64,000 nucleotides of DNA. Source: Escherichia coli (lineage in GTDB: Bacteria; Pseudomonadota; Gammaproteobacteria; Enterobacterales; Enterobacteriaceae). Each line of letters opens with the position of its first letter. Positions within the stretch are counted from its first letter, which is position 1. Under the pieces are notes generated by a model, which did no database searches, was not told the origin of the DNA, and saw only the letters and a list, made by a program, of their open reading frames with translations. Of this stretch, positions 29,305 through 40,311 are shown in pieces. The stretch is from NCBI RefSeq assembly GCF_041886205.1, contig NZ_CP169029.1, one strand, 5' to 3'. Both the position numbers and the translations under genes were made by a program.

Positions 29305-30174
29305 TCAAAACAAATCGTTTAGCATAACCCCTACACCGACACGGGTCTGGTTGAAGTTATAGTCGATGAGCGATTCGCCATAGCCGCTGTAAACCTGAGT
29401 ATAAAGGCGCACATGTTTGGTGATCGGGTAACTTAAGCCTAACTCCGCGCCGCCGTAACCGGTGTTCCAGTTGTACTGTCCTTTCGCACTGAGCACCGCA
29501 TCACCGAGGTGATAGCCGATTTTAAGCTGGTAGTAACCCATATATTTGGTGATATCCGGGTTATCGTCAGTATTACCCACCACATACCACGGCTTCACCT
29601 CTACCAGCCAGTTACCGTTTTCTGCCATCAGGCGGGTATAAAGGCGGTTCCAGCTGCGGGAGGTCGGGTCGGAACGCCCGTTAGAGTCGTGGTTATACCC
29701 CATCTCCACATCGCGCAGCGTCCAACCTGCAAAACGGTAATCGGTGGCAAAACCGAGAAACAATTGCGGTTCATAGTTGGTTTCACGAAACGGTGAAGAC
29801 TCTTCGCTATTGGACAGTTGCCACCAGGATTTTTGCGTATAAGACGCACCCAACACCGAGTTTGGGCCTAAAATCCCACGCCACAGCGGAAATGCCAGGC
29901 TCAACTGAAACTTTACTTCATCCTTACGCGCATTTTCCGCCCAGTCGTAACTGGCAATCGCTTCTTTGTTCAGATCGCTGGTTTGGGTGTAGATGAGGTA
30001 GTTGGTGTCATAAGGATAGAGCGTGAACGGATTGTCATGCTCCTGCAGCATATTGGCGATAATACTGCCACGCACCGCTGGCGCGTCATGCACCTCTTTC
30101 ACCGTTGCCTCTTGTGCATATACTGCCATAGGCAACATAAACACCGGCAACAACCAGCCCTGCAGAGTCCGCAT
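29305..30174 (-). CDS. pldA: Outer-membrane phospholipase A PldA
   Basis: 289-aa ORF with signal peptide MRTLQGWLLPVFMLPMAVYA and beta-barrel-like sequence. Confidence 0.95.
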   Translation of the reverse strand: MRTLQGWLLPVFMLPMAVYAQEATVKEVHDAPAVRGSIIANMLQEHDNPFTLYPYDTNYLIYTQTSDLNKEAIASYDWAENARKDEVKFQLSLAFPLWRGILGPNSVLGASYTQKSWWQLSNSEESSPFRETNYEPQLFLGFATDYRFAGWTLRDVEMGYNHDSNGRSDPTSRSWNRLYTRLMAENGNWLVEVKPWYVVGNTDDNPDITKYMGYYQLKIGYHLGDAVLSAKGQYNWNTGYGGAELGLSYPITKHVRLYTQVYSGYGESLIDYNFNQTRVGVGVMLNDLF

Positions 30175-30338
30175 CGGTCGTGTTCTCCGTAACGAATTAT
30201 TGATAAGGTGAATATTTTTCTGCGGGCTATTTTACATACTTAACTCCATTGCCGTTAGTTATCCCTTCCTAAAGTAGAAACCAACAACAAAGAAGCATAA
30301 AATCAACATTTCATTAACCAATGAAGTGTAAGGATGAT

Positions 30339-30806
30339 ATGTCTGCCGTACTGACCGCTGAACAAGCCCTGAAATTAGTGGGTGAGATGTTTGTTTATCA
30401 TATGCCATTTAACCGCGCATTGGGGATGGAACTGGAGCGTTACGAAAAAGAGTTCGCACAGCTGGCCTTTAAAAATCAGCCAATGATGGTGGGCAACTGG
30501 GCGCAAAGCATTTTGCACGGCGGGGTCATTGCATCGGCGCTGGATGTCGCCGCAGGTCTCGTGTGCGTGGGAAGTACCTTAACCCGCCACGAAACCATCA
30601 GTGAAGATGAACTACGCCAGCGGCTATCGCGGATGGGGACCATTGATCTTCGCGTTGATTATCTGCGCCCAGGCAGGGGCGAGCGTTTTACTGCTACCAG
30701 TAGCCTGTTGCGTGCAGGCAATAAAGTCGCCGTCGCCCGCGTTGAATTACACAATGAAGAACAGCTTTATATTGCCAGTGCCACCGCCACCTATATGGTA
30801 GGTTGA
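30339..30806 (+). CDS. yigI: Hotdog-fold (4HBT/PaaI-like) thioesterase YigI
   Basis: 155-aa product from [29 protein letters not shown]... Confidence 0.9.
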   Translation: MSAVLTAEQALKLVGEMFVYHMPFNRALGMELERYEKEFAQLAFKNQPMMVGNWAQSILHGGVIASALDVAAGLVCVGSTLTRHETISEDELRQRLSRMGTIDLRVDYLRPGRGERFTATSSLLRAGNKVAVARVELHNEEQLYIASATATYMVG

Positions 30807-30857
30807 AGACATAAAAGCAGGTAAACTGCTGTTACCAATTAAAAATGAGTATTCCCG

Positions 30858-31748
30858 ATGGATGCAAAACAAACGCGGCAGGGCGTATTACTCGCTCTTG
30901 CCGCTTATTTTATTTGGGGTATTGCGCCAGCGTACTTCAAGCTAATTTACTACGTGCCCGCCGATGAGATCCTGACGCATCGCGTGATCTGGTCGTTTTT
31001 CTTTATGGTGGTGCTGATGAGTATTTGCCGCCAGTGGTCCTATTTAAAAACGCTGATTCAGACGCCACAGAAAATTTTTATGCTGGCAGTCTCTGCCGTA
31101 CTGATTGGTGGCAACTGGCTACTGTTTATCTGGGCGGTGAACAATCACCATATGCTGGAAGCGAGCCTTGGTTACTTTATTAACCCGCTGGTGAACATTG
31201 TGCTGGGGATGATTTTCCTCGGCGAGCGATTCCGCCGGATGCAATGGCTGGCGGTGATTCTGGCGATATGTGGCGTGCTGGTTCAGTTGTGGACTTTTGG
31301 TTCACTGCCGATCATCGCGCTGGGGCTGGCATTTAGTTTTGCCTTCTACGGCCTGGTACGCAAGAAGATTGCCGTTGAAGCGCAAACCGGCATGTTAATC
31401 GAAACCATGTGGTTGCTGCCCGTGGCGGCGATTTACCTGTTTGCTATTGCCGACAGCTCAACCAGCCATATGGGACAAAACCCGATGTCGCTGAATTTAC
31501 TGCTGATCGCCGCCGGTATTGTCACTACCGTACCGCTGTTGTGTTTTACCGCCGCTGCCACACGCCTGCGTCTCTCAACGTTAGGCTTTTTCCAGTATAT
31601 TGGCCCGACGCTGATGTTCCTGTTGGCTGTGACGTTTTATGGTGAAAAACCGGGTGCCGATAAGATGGTGACTTTCACCTTTATTTGGGTGGCGCTGGCA
31701 ATTTTTGTGATGGATGCAATTTATACGCAGCGTAGAACGTCCAAATAA
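30858..31748 (+). CDS. rarD: EamA/DMT-family transporter RarD
   Basis: 296-aa ORF MDAKQTRQGVLLALAAYFIWGIAPAYFK..., 10 TM segments. Confidence 0.95.
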   Translation: MDAKQTRQGVLLALAAYFIWGIAPAYFKLIYYVPADEILTHRVIWSFFFMVVLMSICRQWSYLKTLIQTPQKIFMLAVSAVLIGGNWLLFIWAVNNHHMLEASLGYFINPLVNIVLGMIFLGERFRRMQWLAVILAICGVLVQLWTFGSLPIIALGLAFSFAFYGLVRKKIAVEAQTGMLIETMWLLPVAAIYLFAIADSSTSHMGQNPMSLNLLLIAAGIVTTVPLLCFTAAATRLRLSTLGFFQYIGPTLMFLLAVTFYGEKPGADKMVTFTFIWVALAIFVMDAIYTQRRTSK

Positions 31749-31842
31749 AAAATAAATATATTCTGAAAAAATATGCTGACTCTTGCATGAGAGTGGGCAT
31801 ATTGCCATGCTGACAGGAGACTAACACAAGGATGTAAAATTT

Positions 31843-32223
31843 ATGTTACGTATGTTTATCCCAACATCTAACGGTAAGATTTCAAGACGTCAGTATATAT
31901 TTTCATTTATTTTAACAAATCTGATTTGTATCCTGCTTATATCTTTTTTTTCCAATGCTGGCTCAGTATTTTTCGTTTTAATATTTACCATTCTTTTACA
32001 TTATCTCGTCATCAATATGAATTGCCAACGGCTCCGTGATAGTGGTTTCACATATATAAAAACTTATATTTTTAGTACATTAGCCATCTATGTCATCTCT
32101 TTCATCACAATGATTGTCGAACATTTTGACTGTTCCGGTAATGGTCCGATGATTTTTTTGATTTTTTATTTTTCCACCTTTGGCATGTTAGTTCTTGCCC
32201 CTACTGATTCACCCCGCAAATAA
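31843..32223 (+). CDS. yigG: Small inner-membrane protein YigG (function unknown)
   Basis: 126-aa ORF with about 3 TM segments in a markedly AT-rich stretch; position matches K-12 yigG. Confidence 0.8.
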   Translation: MLRMFIPTSNGKISRRQYIFSFILTNLICILLISFFSNAGSVFFVLIFTILLHYLVINMNCQRLRDSGFTYIKTYIFSTLAIYVISFITMIVEHFDCSGNGPMIFLIFYFSTFGMLVLAPTDSPRK

Positions 32224-32237
32224 TTTATGGAGATTTT

Positions 32238-32618
32238 ATGAGTAAGGATTATATGGAAGATGGTTCATTAACTGAAAAGTGGAAGTACCGCTTTTCTTTT
32301 TATGATGAACATGGGTTCCCTGGATTTTGGGGTGCAAGCCCAGAATATAAGAAAGCATTTAAAGCATTAAAACCAAGACAAAGGATAACAATTCAAACAA
32401 ATATTATTGCATTTTTCTTCTCATGGATCTATTTATTTGTCTTGGGATTATGGAAGAAAGCTATTGTTGTTCTAGTGCTGGCAATATTTTCTTTAATTTT
32501 TGGTTACATGATTGGCTATAATGTATTTGGTTTTATCATCGCCGCTTATGTTTCATACAATACCAACAGATGGTTCTATGAAAAAGAAGTAAAAGGTATT
32601 AATACCTGGAATTTATGA
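32238..32618 (+). CDS. yigF: Small inner-membrane protein YigF (function unknown)
   Basis: 126-aa ORF MSKDYMEDGSLTEKWKYRF... with 2 TM segments; AT-rich; 14 nt after yigG. Confidence 0.8.
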   Translation: MSKDYMEDGSLTEKWKYRFSFYDEHGFPGFWGASPEYKKAFKALKPRQRITIQTNIIAFFFSWIYLFVLGLWKKAIVVLVLAIFSLIFGYMIGYNVFGFIIAAYVSYNTNRWFYEKEVKGINTWNL

Positions 32619-32660
32619 ATAACAGGTGGCTTAGCCAGGCTAAGCCACCGCTCTCGTTTT

Positions 32661-33611
32661 TTACAACCAGTTCTTCCGCTTAAAGTACAGATACGGTGCC
32701 AGGCCCGCGAGTATCATAAAGATAATCGCGCCTGGGTAACCAAAGCTCCACTTCAGTTCCGGCATAAACTCAAAGTTCATCCCATAGCTGGAAGCAACCA
32801 GCGTTGGCGGCAGGAACACGACGGATACCACCGAGAAGATTTTGATAATGCGGTTCTGCTCGATGTTGATAAAGCCCATCGCCGCCTGCATCAGGAAGTT
32901 CACCTTCTGGAACAGAGATTCGTTATGCGGCAGCAGGGATTCGATATCTCGCAGGATTTCACGCGCCTGCTCCAGTTGCCCGCCCGGTAAACGCGCCTTA
33001 CGCACCAGGAAGTTGAGCGCACGCTGGGTATCCATCAGACACAGGCGAACTTTCCAGCCGATATCTTCCAGTTCCGCCAGCGTGGAGAGCGCCTCGTCGT
33101 ACTCATCGCCCTGATGCCCTTCCATAATTACCCGGCTCAACTGCTCCAGATCGCTGTAGATGTTTTCAATTTCATCTGCCAACTGTTCGATTTTGGTTTC
33201 GAACAGATCCAGCAGCAACTCGTAGGCGTTACCGTCTACCATCGACTGGCTACGGGCACGCATACGATACAGACGAAAAGCGGGCAGTTCACGCTCACGC
33301 AGAGTAAACAGACGACCATCACGGATGGTAAATGCCACAGTGGAGTTACCGGCGTGATCTTCCGCATCTTCAAAGAAGAAGAAGGAGTGAATATGCAGGC
33401 CGTCGTCGTCTTCAAAGAAACGTGCCGATGCTTCGATGTCTTCCAGTTCCGGGCGGGTTGCCAGGCTCTGGCCAAGTTCAGATTGTACGCGCAGTCGCTC
33501 GTCGTCGTCCGGTTCGACAAGATCAATCCATACTGCATTTACAAGGGGTTGTGACTCTTCGACTTCCAGCCGGGTCAGTCGGTTATTTTCCAGTTGAAAT
33601 GCGCTCAGCAT
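32661..33611 (-). CDS. corA: Mg2+/Co2+ transport protein CorA
   Basis: 316-aa product from [21 protein letters not shown]... with C-terminal YGMNF motif and 2 TM segments. Confidence 0.96.
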   Translation of the reverse strand: MLSAFQLENNRLTRLEVEESQPLVNAVWIDLVEPDDDERLRVQSELGQSLATRPELEDIEASARFFEDDDGLHIHSFFFFEDAEDHAGNSTVAFTIRDGRLFTLRERELPAFRLYRMRARSQSMVDGNAYELLLDLFETKIEQLADEIENIYSDLEQLSRVIMEGHQGDEYDEALSTLAELEDIGWKVRLCLMDTQRALNFLVRKARLPGGQLEQAREILRDIESLLPHNESLFQKVNFLMQAAMGFINIEQNRIIKIFSVVSVVFLPPTLVASSYGMNFEFMPELKWSFGYPGAIIFMILAGLAPYLYFKRKNWL

Positions 33612-33980
33612 GACCGGGACTCCCAATGCTTAAAATATCGGACAGTTCGGTGGGCACACAGAAACAAATTGGGTTTCAGACCATTAAACAGCCTGACTCA
33701 GCGCGACGGGAAAAATTGAGGTCGCTGACAACCGCTAAGGCTATCAGCAAAAAGGGATAGCCTTAGGAGTTGATCCTGGATGACAGGATAGTGAGCCAGT
33801 ATCTACTGGGTGTGTCCAAGGCGAATGTCCTCTTAGAGTGATCGTGCGCGCATGTTACGCCAGCAAAATTTTGCCGTCAACACGCAACAGAACACCACAG
33901 AACAATAGTTGAACTTCGCGCTTTTTGGTACTCGTCAAGGTCGCTAACAGGATAAAAAAATCCCACATCCAGGACCTATA

Positions 33981-34745
33981 ATGGCGCATCGGCTACTCAT
34001 TGGTAAAGGAATGATCACCTTGAATCTCAAACGGATTTTTCTCACCCTCACCTTACTTCCCTTGTTTGCTGTTGCCGCTGATGATTGCGCACTCTCAGAT
34101 CCGACGCTGACCGTACAGGCGTATACCGTTAATCCTCAAACAGAGCGGGTGAAAATGTACTGGCAAAAAGCCAATGGCGAAGCGTGGGGAACGTTACATG
34201 CTCTGCTGGCGGATATGAATAGTCAGGGTCAGGTGCAGATGGCGATGAACGGCGGCATCTATGATGAAAGCTATGCGCCGCTCGGTTTGTACATCGAAAA
34301 CGGTCAGCAGAAGGTGGCGTTAAATCTCGCTTCAGGTGAAGGGAATTTCTTTATTCGTCCTGGCGGCGTGTTTTATGTCGCGGGAGATAAAGTCGGCATC
34401 GTTCGTCTGGATGCCTTTAAAGCCAGTAAAGAGATTCAGTTTGCGGTGCAGTCAGGGCCAATGTTGATGGAAAACGGTGTAATTAATCCGCGTATTCATC
34501 CCAACGTCGCCTCACGCAAAATTCGTAACGGTGTTGGGATTAATAAACATGGGAACGCCGTGTTTTTGTTGAGCCAGCAGGCAACAAATTTTTATGATTT
34601 TTCCTGTTATGCCAAAGCGAAACTGAACGTTGAGCAGCTGCTTTATCTTGATGGCACGATTTCACATATGTATATGAAAGGCGGGGCAATCCCGTGGCAA
34701 CGCTATCCTTTTGTCACCATGATTTCCGTCGAGCGGAAAGGTTAG
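33981..34745 (+). CDS. yigE: DUF2233-family protein YigE
   Basis: 254-aa ORF with N-terminal signal/TM segment; K-12 position between corA and uvrD. Confidence 0.88.
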   Translation: MAHRLLIGKGMITLNLKRIFLTLTLLPLFAVAADDCALSDPTLTVQAYTVNPQTERVKMYWQKANGEAWGTLHALLADMNSQGQVQMAMNGGIYDESYAPLGLYIENGQQKVALNLASGEGNFFIRPGGVFYVAGDKVGIVRLDAFKASKEIQFAVQSGPMLMENGVINPRIHPNVASRKIRNGVGINKHGNAVFLLSQQATNFYDFSCYAKAKLNVEQLLYLDGTISHMYMKGGAIPWQRYPFVTMISVERKG

Positions 34746-34784
34746 AATGATAGTTTTGTGTCAGATACTAAATATGCTGCTGAT

Positions 34785-34887
34785 GCCGGAAGCGGCGTAA
34801 ACGCCTTATCCGGCCTACATGACGTTGCAATTTATTGAATCTGAATGATTTTTTAGGCCAAATAAGGTGCGCAGCACCGCATCCGGC
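34785..34887. repeat. BIME/RIP-type element: two inverted REP units flanking an IHF-like core
   Basis: gccggaagcggcgtaaacgccttatccggcctac ... acgttgcaatttattgaat ... ggccaaataaggtgcgcagcaccgcatccggc between the convergent yigE and uvrD. Confidence 0.8.
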
Positions 34888-34891
34888 AACG

Positions 34892-37054
34892 TTACACCGA
34901 CTCCAGCCGGGCGTAAGCTGCCACCAGCCATTTGATTCCCTGGCCCTGGAATGCCACCTGCAAACGGCTATGTTCGCCGCTGCCTTCCATATTGACGATA
35001 GTGCCTTCACCAAACTTAGCGTGGCGTACGCGCTGGCCGAGCTTGTAGCCGCTGTCGTTCTCGACCATCGGCGTACCCATCCGCTGATGGCTAACCGGGC
35101 GGCTTACCGTGGCGCGCAGGCGCACCTCTTCCACACACTCTTCCGGCAGCTCGCCAATAAAGCGCGACGGGCGATGGTAAACTTCTTTGCCATACAGACG
35201 GCGAGTTTCCGCGTAGGTCAGCGTCAGTTTCTGCATCGCGCGGGTTACACCAACGTAGGCCAGACGGCGTTCTTCTTCCAGACGCCCGCCTTCATCCAGC
35301 GACATCTGGCTTGGGAACATGCCCTCTTCCATACCAACGATAAACACCTGAGGAAACTCCAGACCTTTCGCCGAGTGTAGCGTCATCAACTGCACCGCAT
35401 CCTGCCAGGTATCCGCCTGCCCTTCACCTGCTTCCAGTGCCGCATGGGAGAGGAACGCCTGCAGCGGCATTAAATCTTCGTCTTCTTCGTTGTAGCTGAA
35501 CTGGCGCGTTGCCGTCACCAGTTCCTCTAAGTTTTCGATACGCGTCTGACCTTTTTCGCCCTTCTCCTGCTCGTACATGGTGCGCAGGCCGGAGTCTTTA
35601 ATTACCCGGTCAGTCTGTACATGCAGCGGCATATCGGCAGTTTCTTGCGCTAAGGCGTCGATTAATTCCATAAATCGCTGCAAGGCGCTGGCAGCTCGCC
35701 CGGCGAGCGCTTTTTCCTGCAACAGCTCACGACATGCCTGCCAGAGTGTTAACTGGCGATCGCGCGATGTCTGACGTACCACGTCCAGCGTCCGGTCACC
35801 AATACCCCGCGTTGGCGTATTCACCACACGCTCAAAGGCCGCGTCGTCGTTGCGGTTGGCAATCAGGCGCAGATACGAGAGCGCATCTTTGATTTCCTGG
35901 CGTTCGAAGAATCGCATCCCGCCGTAAATACGGTACGGCATACTGGCCTGCAATAACGCCTCTTCCAGTACACGCGACTGGGCGTTGCTGCGGTAGAGAA
36001 TGGCGCACTCGGCAAGCGCCCCGCCGTTGTCCTGCCAGGTTTTGATGCGGTTAACCACAAAACGCGCTTCATCGAGTTCGTTAAAAGCGCAATAGAGGGA
36101 AATAGGCTCACCGTCCGCGCCATCGGTCCACAGTTTTTTACCCAGACGCCCGTTATTGTTTTCAATCAGGGCGTTAGCGGCGCTCAGAATATTGCTGGTA
36201 GAGCGGTAGTTTTGCTCCAGACGAATAGTTTCGGCACCGGGGAAATCATTAAGGAAACGCTGAATATTCTCCACCTGCGCCCCGCGCCAGCCGTAGATTG
36301 ACTGGTCGTCATCACCGACGATCATCACTTTGCCGGTGTCGCCCGCCAGCAGGCGGATCCACGCGTACTGAATGTTGTTGGTATCCTGGAATTCGTCCAC
36401 CAGGATGTTGGTAAAACGTTCGCGGTAGTGTTGCAGGATATGCGGCTTGTTAAGCCACAGTTCGTGGGCGCGCAGCAGCAGCTCGGCGAAGTCCACCAGG
36501 CCCGCGCGGTCACACGCTTCCTGATACGCCTGATACACCTTCTGCCAGGTCTGCTCCACCGGATTACCGTAGCTTTGAATATGATGCGGACGCAGGCCTT
36601 CATCTTTCTGGCTGTTGATGTACCACATTGCCTGGCGCGGCGGCCACTGCTTCTCGTCGAGGTTCATGGCTTTGATCAGACGCTTAAGCAGGCGTAGCTG
36701 GTCTTCACTGTCGAGGATCTGGAAATCCTGCGGCAGATTGGCGTCCATATGGTGCGCACGCAGCAAACGATGCGCCAGCCCGTGGAAGGTGCCGACCCAC
36801 ATGCCGCCCTGGCTGGTGCCCATCAGTTGCCCGATACGATGACGCATTTCCGCCGCCGCTTTGTTGGTAAACGTCACCGCCATAATCGAGTATGGCGAGC
36901 AGTTTTCCACGCTCATCAGCCAGGCGATACGATGCACCAGTACGCGCGTCTTACCACTGCCCGCGCCCGCCAGCACCAGAAGGTTGCTGCGTGGCGCGGC
37001 CACCGCTTCGCGCTGTTTGTCGTTAAGGCTGTCGAGCAGGTAAGAAACGTCCAT
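34892..37054 (-). CDS. uvrD: DNA helicase II UvrD
   Basis: 720-aa product from MDVSYLLDSLNDKQREAVAAPRSNLLVLAGAGSGKT... (Walker A); the ORF-track start at 37243 is an upstream extension. Confidence 0.97.
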   Translation of the reverse strand: MDVSYLLDSLNDKQREAVAAPRSNLLVLAGAGSGKTRVLVHRIAWLMSVENCSPYSIMAVTFTNKAAAEMRHRIGQLMGTSQGGMWVGTFHGLAHRLLRAHHMDANLPQDFQILDSEDQLRLLKRLIKAMNLDEKQWPPRQAMWYINSQKDEGLRPHHIQSYGNPVEQTWQKVYQAYQEACDRAGLVDFAELLLRAHELWLNKPHILQHYRERFTNILVDEFQDTNNIQYAWIRLLAGDTGKVMIVGDDDQSIYGWRGAQVENIQRFLNDFPGAETIRLEQNYRSTSNILSAANALIENNNGRLGKKLWTDGADGEPISLYCAFNELDEARFVVNRIKTWQDNGGALAECAILYRSNAQSRVLEEALLQASMPYRIYGGMRFFERQEIKDALSYLRLIANRNDDAAFERVVNTPTRGIGDRTLDVVRQTSRDRQLTLWQACRELLQEKALAGRAASALQRFMELIDALAQETADMPLHVQTDRVIKDSGLRTMYEQEKGEKGQTRIENLEELVTATRQFSYNEEDEDLMPLQAFLSHAALEAGEGQADTWQDAVQLMTLHSAKGLEFPQVFIVGMEEGMFPSQMSLDEGGRLEEERRLAYVGVTRAMQKLTLTYAETRRLYGKEVYHRPSRFIGELPEECVEEVRLRATVSRPVSHQRMGTPMVENDSGYKLGQRVRHAKFGEGTIVNMEGSGEHSRLQVAFQGQGIKWLVAAYARLESV

Positions 37055-37112
37055 TGGCACCGCCGCGTAAAAATAGGTTGGGCGGAGAAGCGCAACGCCC
37101 TCCGCCAAAAAG

Positions 37113-37128
37113 CTGGGTATATATACAG
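37113..37128. promoter_or_regulatory. LexA (SOS) box in the uvrD promoter
   Basis: Minus-strand CTGTATATATACCCAG, about 60 bp upstream of the uvrD start; matches the known uvrD SOS operator. Confidence 0.85.
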
Positions 37129-37137
37129 ATTTGCTGA

Positions 37138-37854
37138 TTATATCAGCGAGGTCAGAGATGCCAACCGGGAAATTTCCAGATGCGGCAGTAAACGGCTGTC
37201 CCAGGTTTGCATCAGATCGCCATTTTCCGGTCTGATCCAACAAGCCTGCATTCCGCTGCGAATTGCCCCACCCACGTCAGTGGTGAGATCGTCCCCAACA
37301 TGTAAGATCTCGCCGATCGGCACGTTGAGTTTTTCCGCAGCCAGAAAGTACATATCGCTGAACGGTTTTGAGCGCCCGTGCGGGCCAGCGCGCAGCACAA
37401 ACTCAAAATAATCCCCCAAACCAAACAGTTCCGGCTGGGCGTTACCGTTGGTGATCGCCACCAGCGGCCATTTCTTCGCCAGCTGTTTTAAGGTGTCGTG
37501 AGTTTGCTGCGGGACGTCGATTCGGCTGCGCCATTTGGCAAAGTTAATCATTGCTGCGTGTGCGCCTGCACTGGCTTCTTCGGCACTCAGCCCGGCGTCG
37601 AGCATCGCTTGTTCAATCGATCGAAAACGCCAGCGCGTCACATCGTGATAAATCTCGGGTTCCGCTTCCCGTACCGCCTGGCGCAGGCGTTGCAGATCTT
37701 CATTCCGGAAGCTGCGCAGCGCCGGATGATAATTTTGCACAAAGGTAAGCGCCTCTCGCTCGGTGCGCAAAATCACCGGACGGTTATCGTAAAGGGTATC
37801 ATCCAGGTCAAAGGTGAGCGCCGAGATGCGCCCCAAAGGCCGGTAAAAACGCAT
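37138..37854 (-). CDS. yigB: HAD-family phosphatase YigB
   Basis: 238-aa [30 protein letters not shown]... with HAD motif DxDDT. Confidence 0.93.
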   Translation of the reverse strand: MRFYRPLGRISALTFDLDDTLYDNRPVILRTEREALTFVQNYHPALRSFRNEDLQRLRQAVREAEPEIYHDVTRWRFRSIEQAMLDAGLSAEEASAGAHAAMINFAKWRSRIDVPQQTHDTLKQLAKKWPLVAITNGNAQPELFGLGDYFEFVLRAGPHGRSKPFSDMYFLAAEKLNVPIGEILHVGDDLTTDVGGAIRSGMQACWIRPENGDLMQTWDSRLLPHLEISRLASLTSLI

Positions 37855-38750
37855 TATTTCCCCCGTTTGGCGCGTGGATGCGCCGCATCGTACACCGAGG
37901 CAAGGTGTTGAAAATCAAGATGAGTATAGATTTGCGTGGTGGAGAGGTTGGCATGACCCAGCAGCTCCTGCACACCACGAAGATCGCCGCTCGACTCCAG
38001 CATATGCGTGGCGAACGAGTGACGTAATTTATGCGGATGAACGTGATTATTCAGCCCTTGTTTTATGCCCCATTCGGCAAAGCGTTTCTGCACATTACGC
38101 GCGGAGATACGCTTGCCCAGTTTCGACAGAAAAAGCGCGTCGTCTTCGCTACCAAACAGGTCGCGCAAATCAAGCCAGTGCTCAATCCACGCCACAGCGT
38201 TGCGACCAATCGGCAGGCGGCGCTCTTTGCTGCCTTTCCCCATTACCCACACTTCACCAGACTCCAGGTCGAGGTGTTTGATATCCAGCCCCACCAGCTC
38301 GGAAAGACGCAGACCCGCGCCGTACATCACTTCCAGCATTGCACGGTCGCGTACAGCGAGGGGATCGTTGATATCAATATCCAGCAGCCGATTCATATCG
38401 TCGACGTCGATGTTTTTCGGCAGATGACGCGGCGCTTTCGGTGCCGAAACTCCTTTCGCCGGGTTAGCTTTGAGTTCGTTCTGGCTGACCAGCCAGTCAA
38501 AAAAGCTACGTAGCGCAGAAAGCCGTAACGCCAGACTTGCTGCTCCCAGCCCTTTACGGCGACTGCGTACAGCAAAATTGCGTACCATCGCTGCATCGCA
38601 TTGTTGCCAGCTTTGCAGGCCGTTTTCGCTGGCAAAATTGATGATCGCCTCAAGCTGACGCTGGTAGTTAAGTAGGGTTATCGGGCTAAGCTGACGCTCC
38701 ACGCTCAGATAACGTAGGTAGCGTTCTACATCGGTGTGTAAATCGGTCAT
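37854..38750 (-). CDS. xerC: Tyrosine site-specific recombinase XerC (chromosome dimer resolution)
   Basis: 298-aa [37 protein letters not shown]... with C-terminal catalytic [15 protein letters not shown]; sits in the conserved dapF-yigA-xerC-yigB operon. Confidence 0.96.
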   Translation of the reverse strand: MTDLHTDVERYLRYLSVERQLSPITLLNYQRQLEAIINFASENGLQSWQQCDAAMVRNFAVRSRRKGLGAASLALRLSALRSFFDWLVSQNELKANPAKGVSAPKAPRHLPKNIDVDDMNRLLDIDINDPLAVRDRAMLEVMYGAGLRLSELVGLDIKHLDLESGEVWVMGKGSKERRLPIGRNAVAWIEHWLDLRDLFGSEDDALFLSKLGKRISARNVQKRFAEWGIKQGLNNHVHPHKLRHSFATHMLESSGDLRGVQELLGHANLSTTQIYTHLDFQHLASVYDAAHPRAKRGK

Positions 38751-39454
38751 ACGCGTTCAATCCAACGCTCCAGAAGCTCCGGCAACATCAGCGCAATTTC
38801 ATGAAGTAACTGCGTTCCCTGCCCTTGTTGATAGTGACTGGCATCGCGACTGGTAAACAGCACGATACCCAAATCAGCATCGCTTCCCAGCATCGACATC
38901 GCCACCGATCCCACCGCTTTCGCTTCCGGTAGCACCACCAGCAGCTCCGGTCCGTTAAGCGGCCCAAGATAGTGCTGTTCCTGCCCCAGACGCTGAATAC
39001 GCAGCGGTTCGAAAGACTGACGGCTTAATGCCAGATGAGTGTGGTTCGACGGCGCACCTAAGCGCCAGCGATCCGGAAACAGGCGCAGACTCGCACCAGC
39101 CAGGCCGAGATCGCGCGCCCAGCGGTGAAAGCGCATCAGCATATCATCGAGACTGCTGGCGGCGGTGAGACTGCGCTGCAGGTAGAGTAGGCGATAAAAC
39201 AGCCCTTCGTTGGCGATAGCCTGTTCCATCAACAGCGCCATGTTCTCCTCCAGAACATGAATATGATTACGTGCGCGGGCCATGTGCCATTCGACCAACG
39301 AAACGGTGCCGCGTACCGGATGCGGCACACGTATCGCTTCGACTGCGCGCGCATTGCGGATAAAAAACTCAGGATTTTTAATCAGATAATCGACAACCGC
39401 CCGGTCATCAAGCTCCGTGAGTGTTTCCTGCAGTTCTTCCCCTGGTTGCTTCAT
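38747..39454 (-). CDS. yigA: DUF484-family protein YigA
   Basis: 235-aa ORF; 4-nt overlaps with both the dapF stop and the xerC start. Confidence 0.9.
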
Positions 39455-40275
39455 AGATGAATAAATCCGTCGTAGACATGTACCGCCGGGCCAGTCATAT
39501 ATAACGGGTGACCCGGACCTTTCCAGGCGATATCAAGACGACCGCCGGGGAGTTCCACGCGTACTTCTTCGGCCAGCAAACCTTGCTGAATCCCTACCGC
39601 CACCGCCGCACATGCGCCGCTGCCGCAGGCCTGGGTTTCTCCTGCCCCACGCTCATAGACGCGTAAACGAATATGCTCGCGCTTAACCACTTGCATAAAA
39701 CCGATATTGGCGCGCTCCGGAAAACGTTCGTGGCTTTCCAGAACAGGACCAAGCGTTTCTACCGCCGCAGTATCGACATCATCGACCTGAATCACGCAAT
39801 GCGGATTTCCCATCGACACCACGCCGCATAAGATTGTCTGCTCGGCAGCGCGCATAATATAGGTCTTTTCCGCTTTGTTAGCGCGAAACGGCACGGCAGA
39901 AGGTTCGAAGTTGGGTTCGCCCATATTTACGCGGACCAGATCGTCATCGGTGACGGTCAGAACCATCCGCCCGTTGGCGGTGCTGACGCGGATATCGCGC
40001 TTATTGGTCAGCCCTTTCAGACGCACGAAACGGGCAAAGCAGCGCGCGCCGTTGCCGCACTGCGCCACTTCACTGCCATCAGCATTGAAAATGCGATAGT
40101 GAAAATCCAGTTCAGGATCATACGGCGGCTCAACCACCAGCAACTGATCAAACCCTACCCCCAGGTGCCGATCCGCCAGGCGACGAATCAGTTCCGGTGA
40201 AAAAAAGACATTCTGCGTTACCGCGTCGACGACCATAAAATCGTTGCCAAGGCCATGCATTTTCGAGAACTGCAT
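39451..40275 (-). CDS. dapF: Diaminopimelate epimerase DapF
   Basis: 274-aa product from [21 protein letters not shown]... with catalytic Cys motifs. Confidence 0.96.
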
Positions 40276-40311
40276 CATTTACTCCAATCACGCGGGTACA
40301 GAAACTGACTT

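Noticed and set aside
36749-37411. 220-aa ORF on the + strand
   Set aside because: Antisense to the uvrD 5' region and yigB, and spans the uvrD LexA box region; a shadow ORF.
37854-38750. Tyrosine recombinase as a marker of an integrated mobile element
   Set aside because: This is chromosomal xerC in its conserved dapF-yigA-xerC-yigB operon; no att repeats or phage/ICE cargo nearby.
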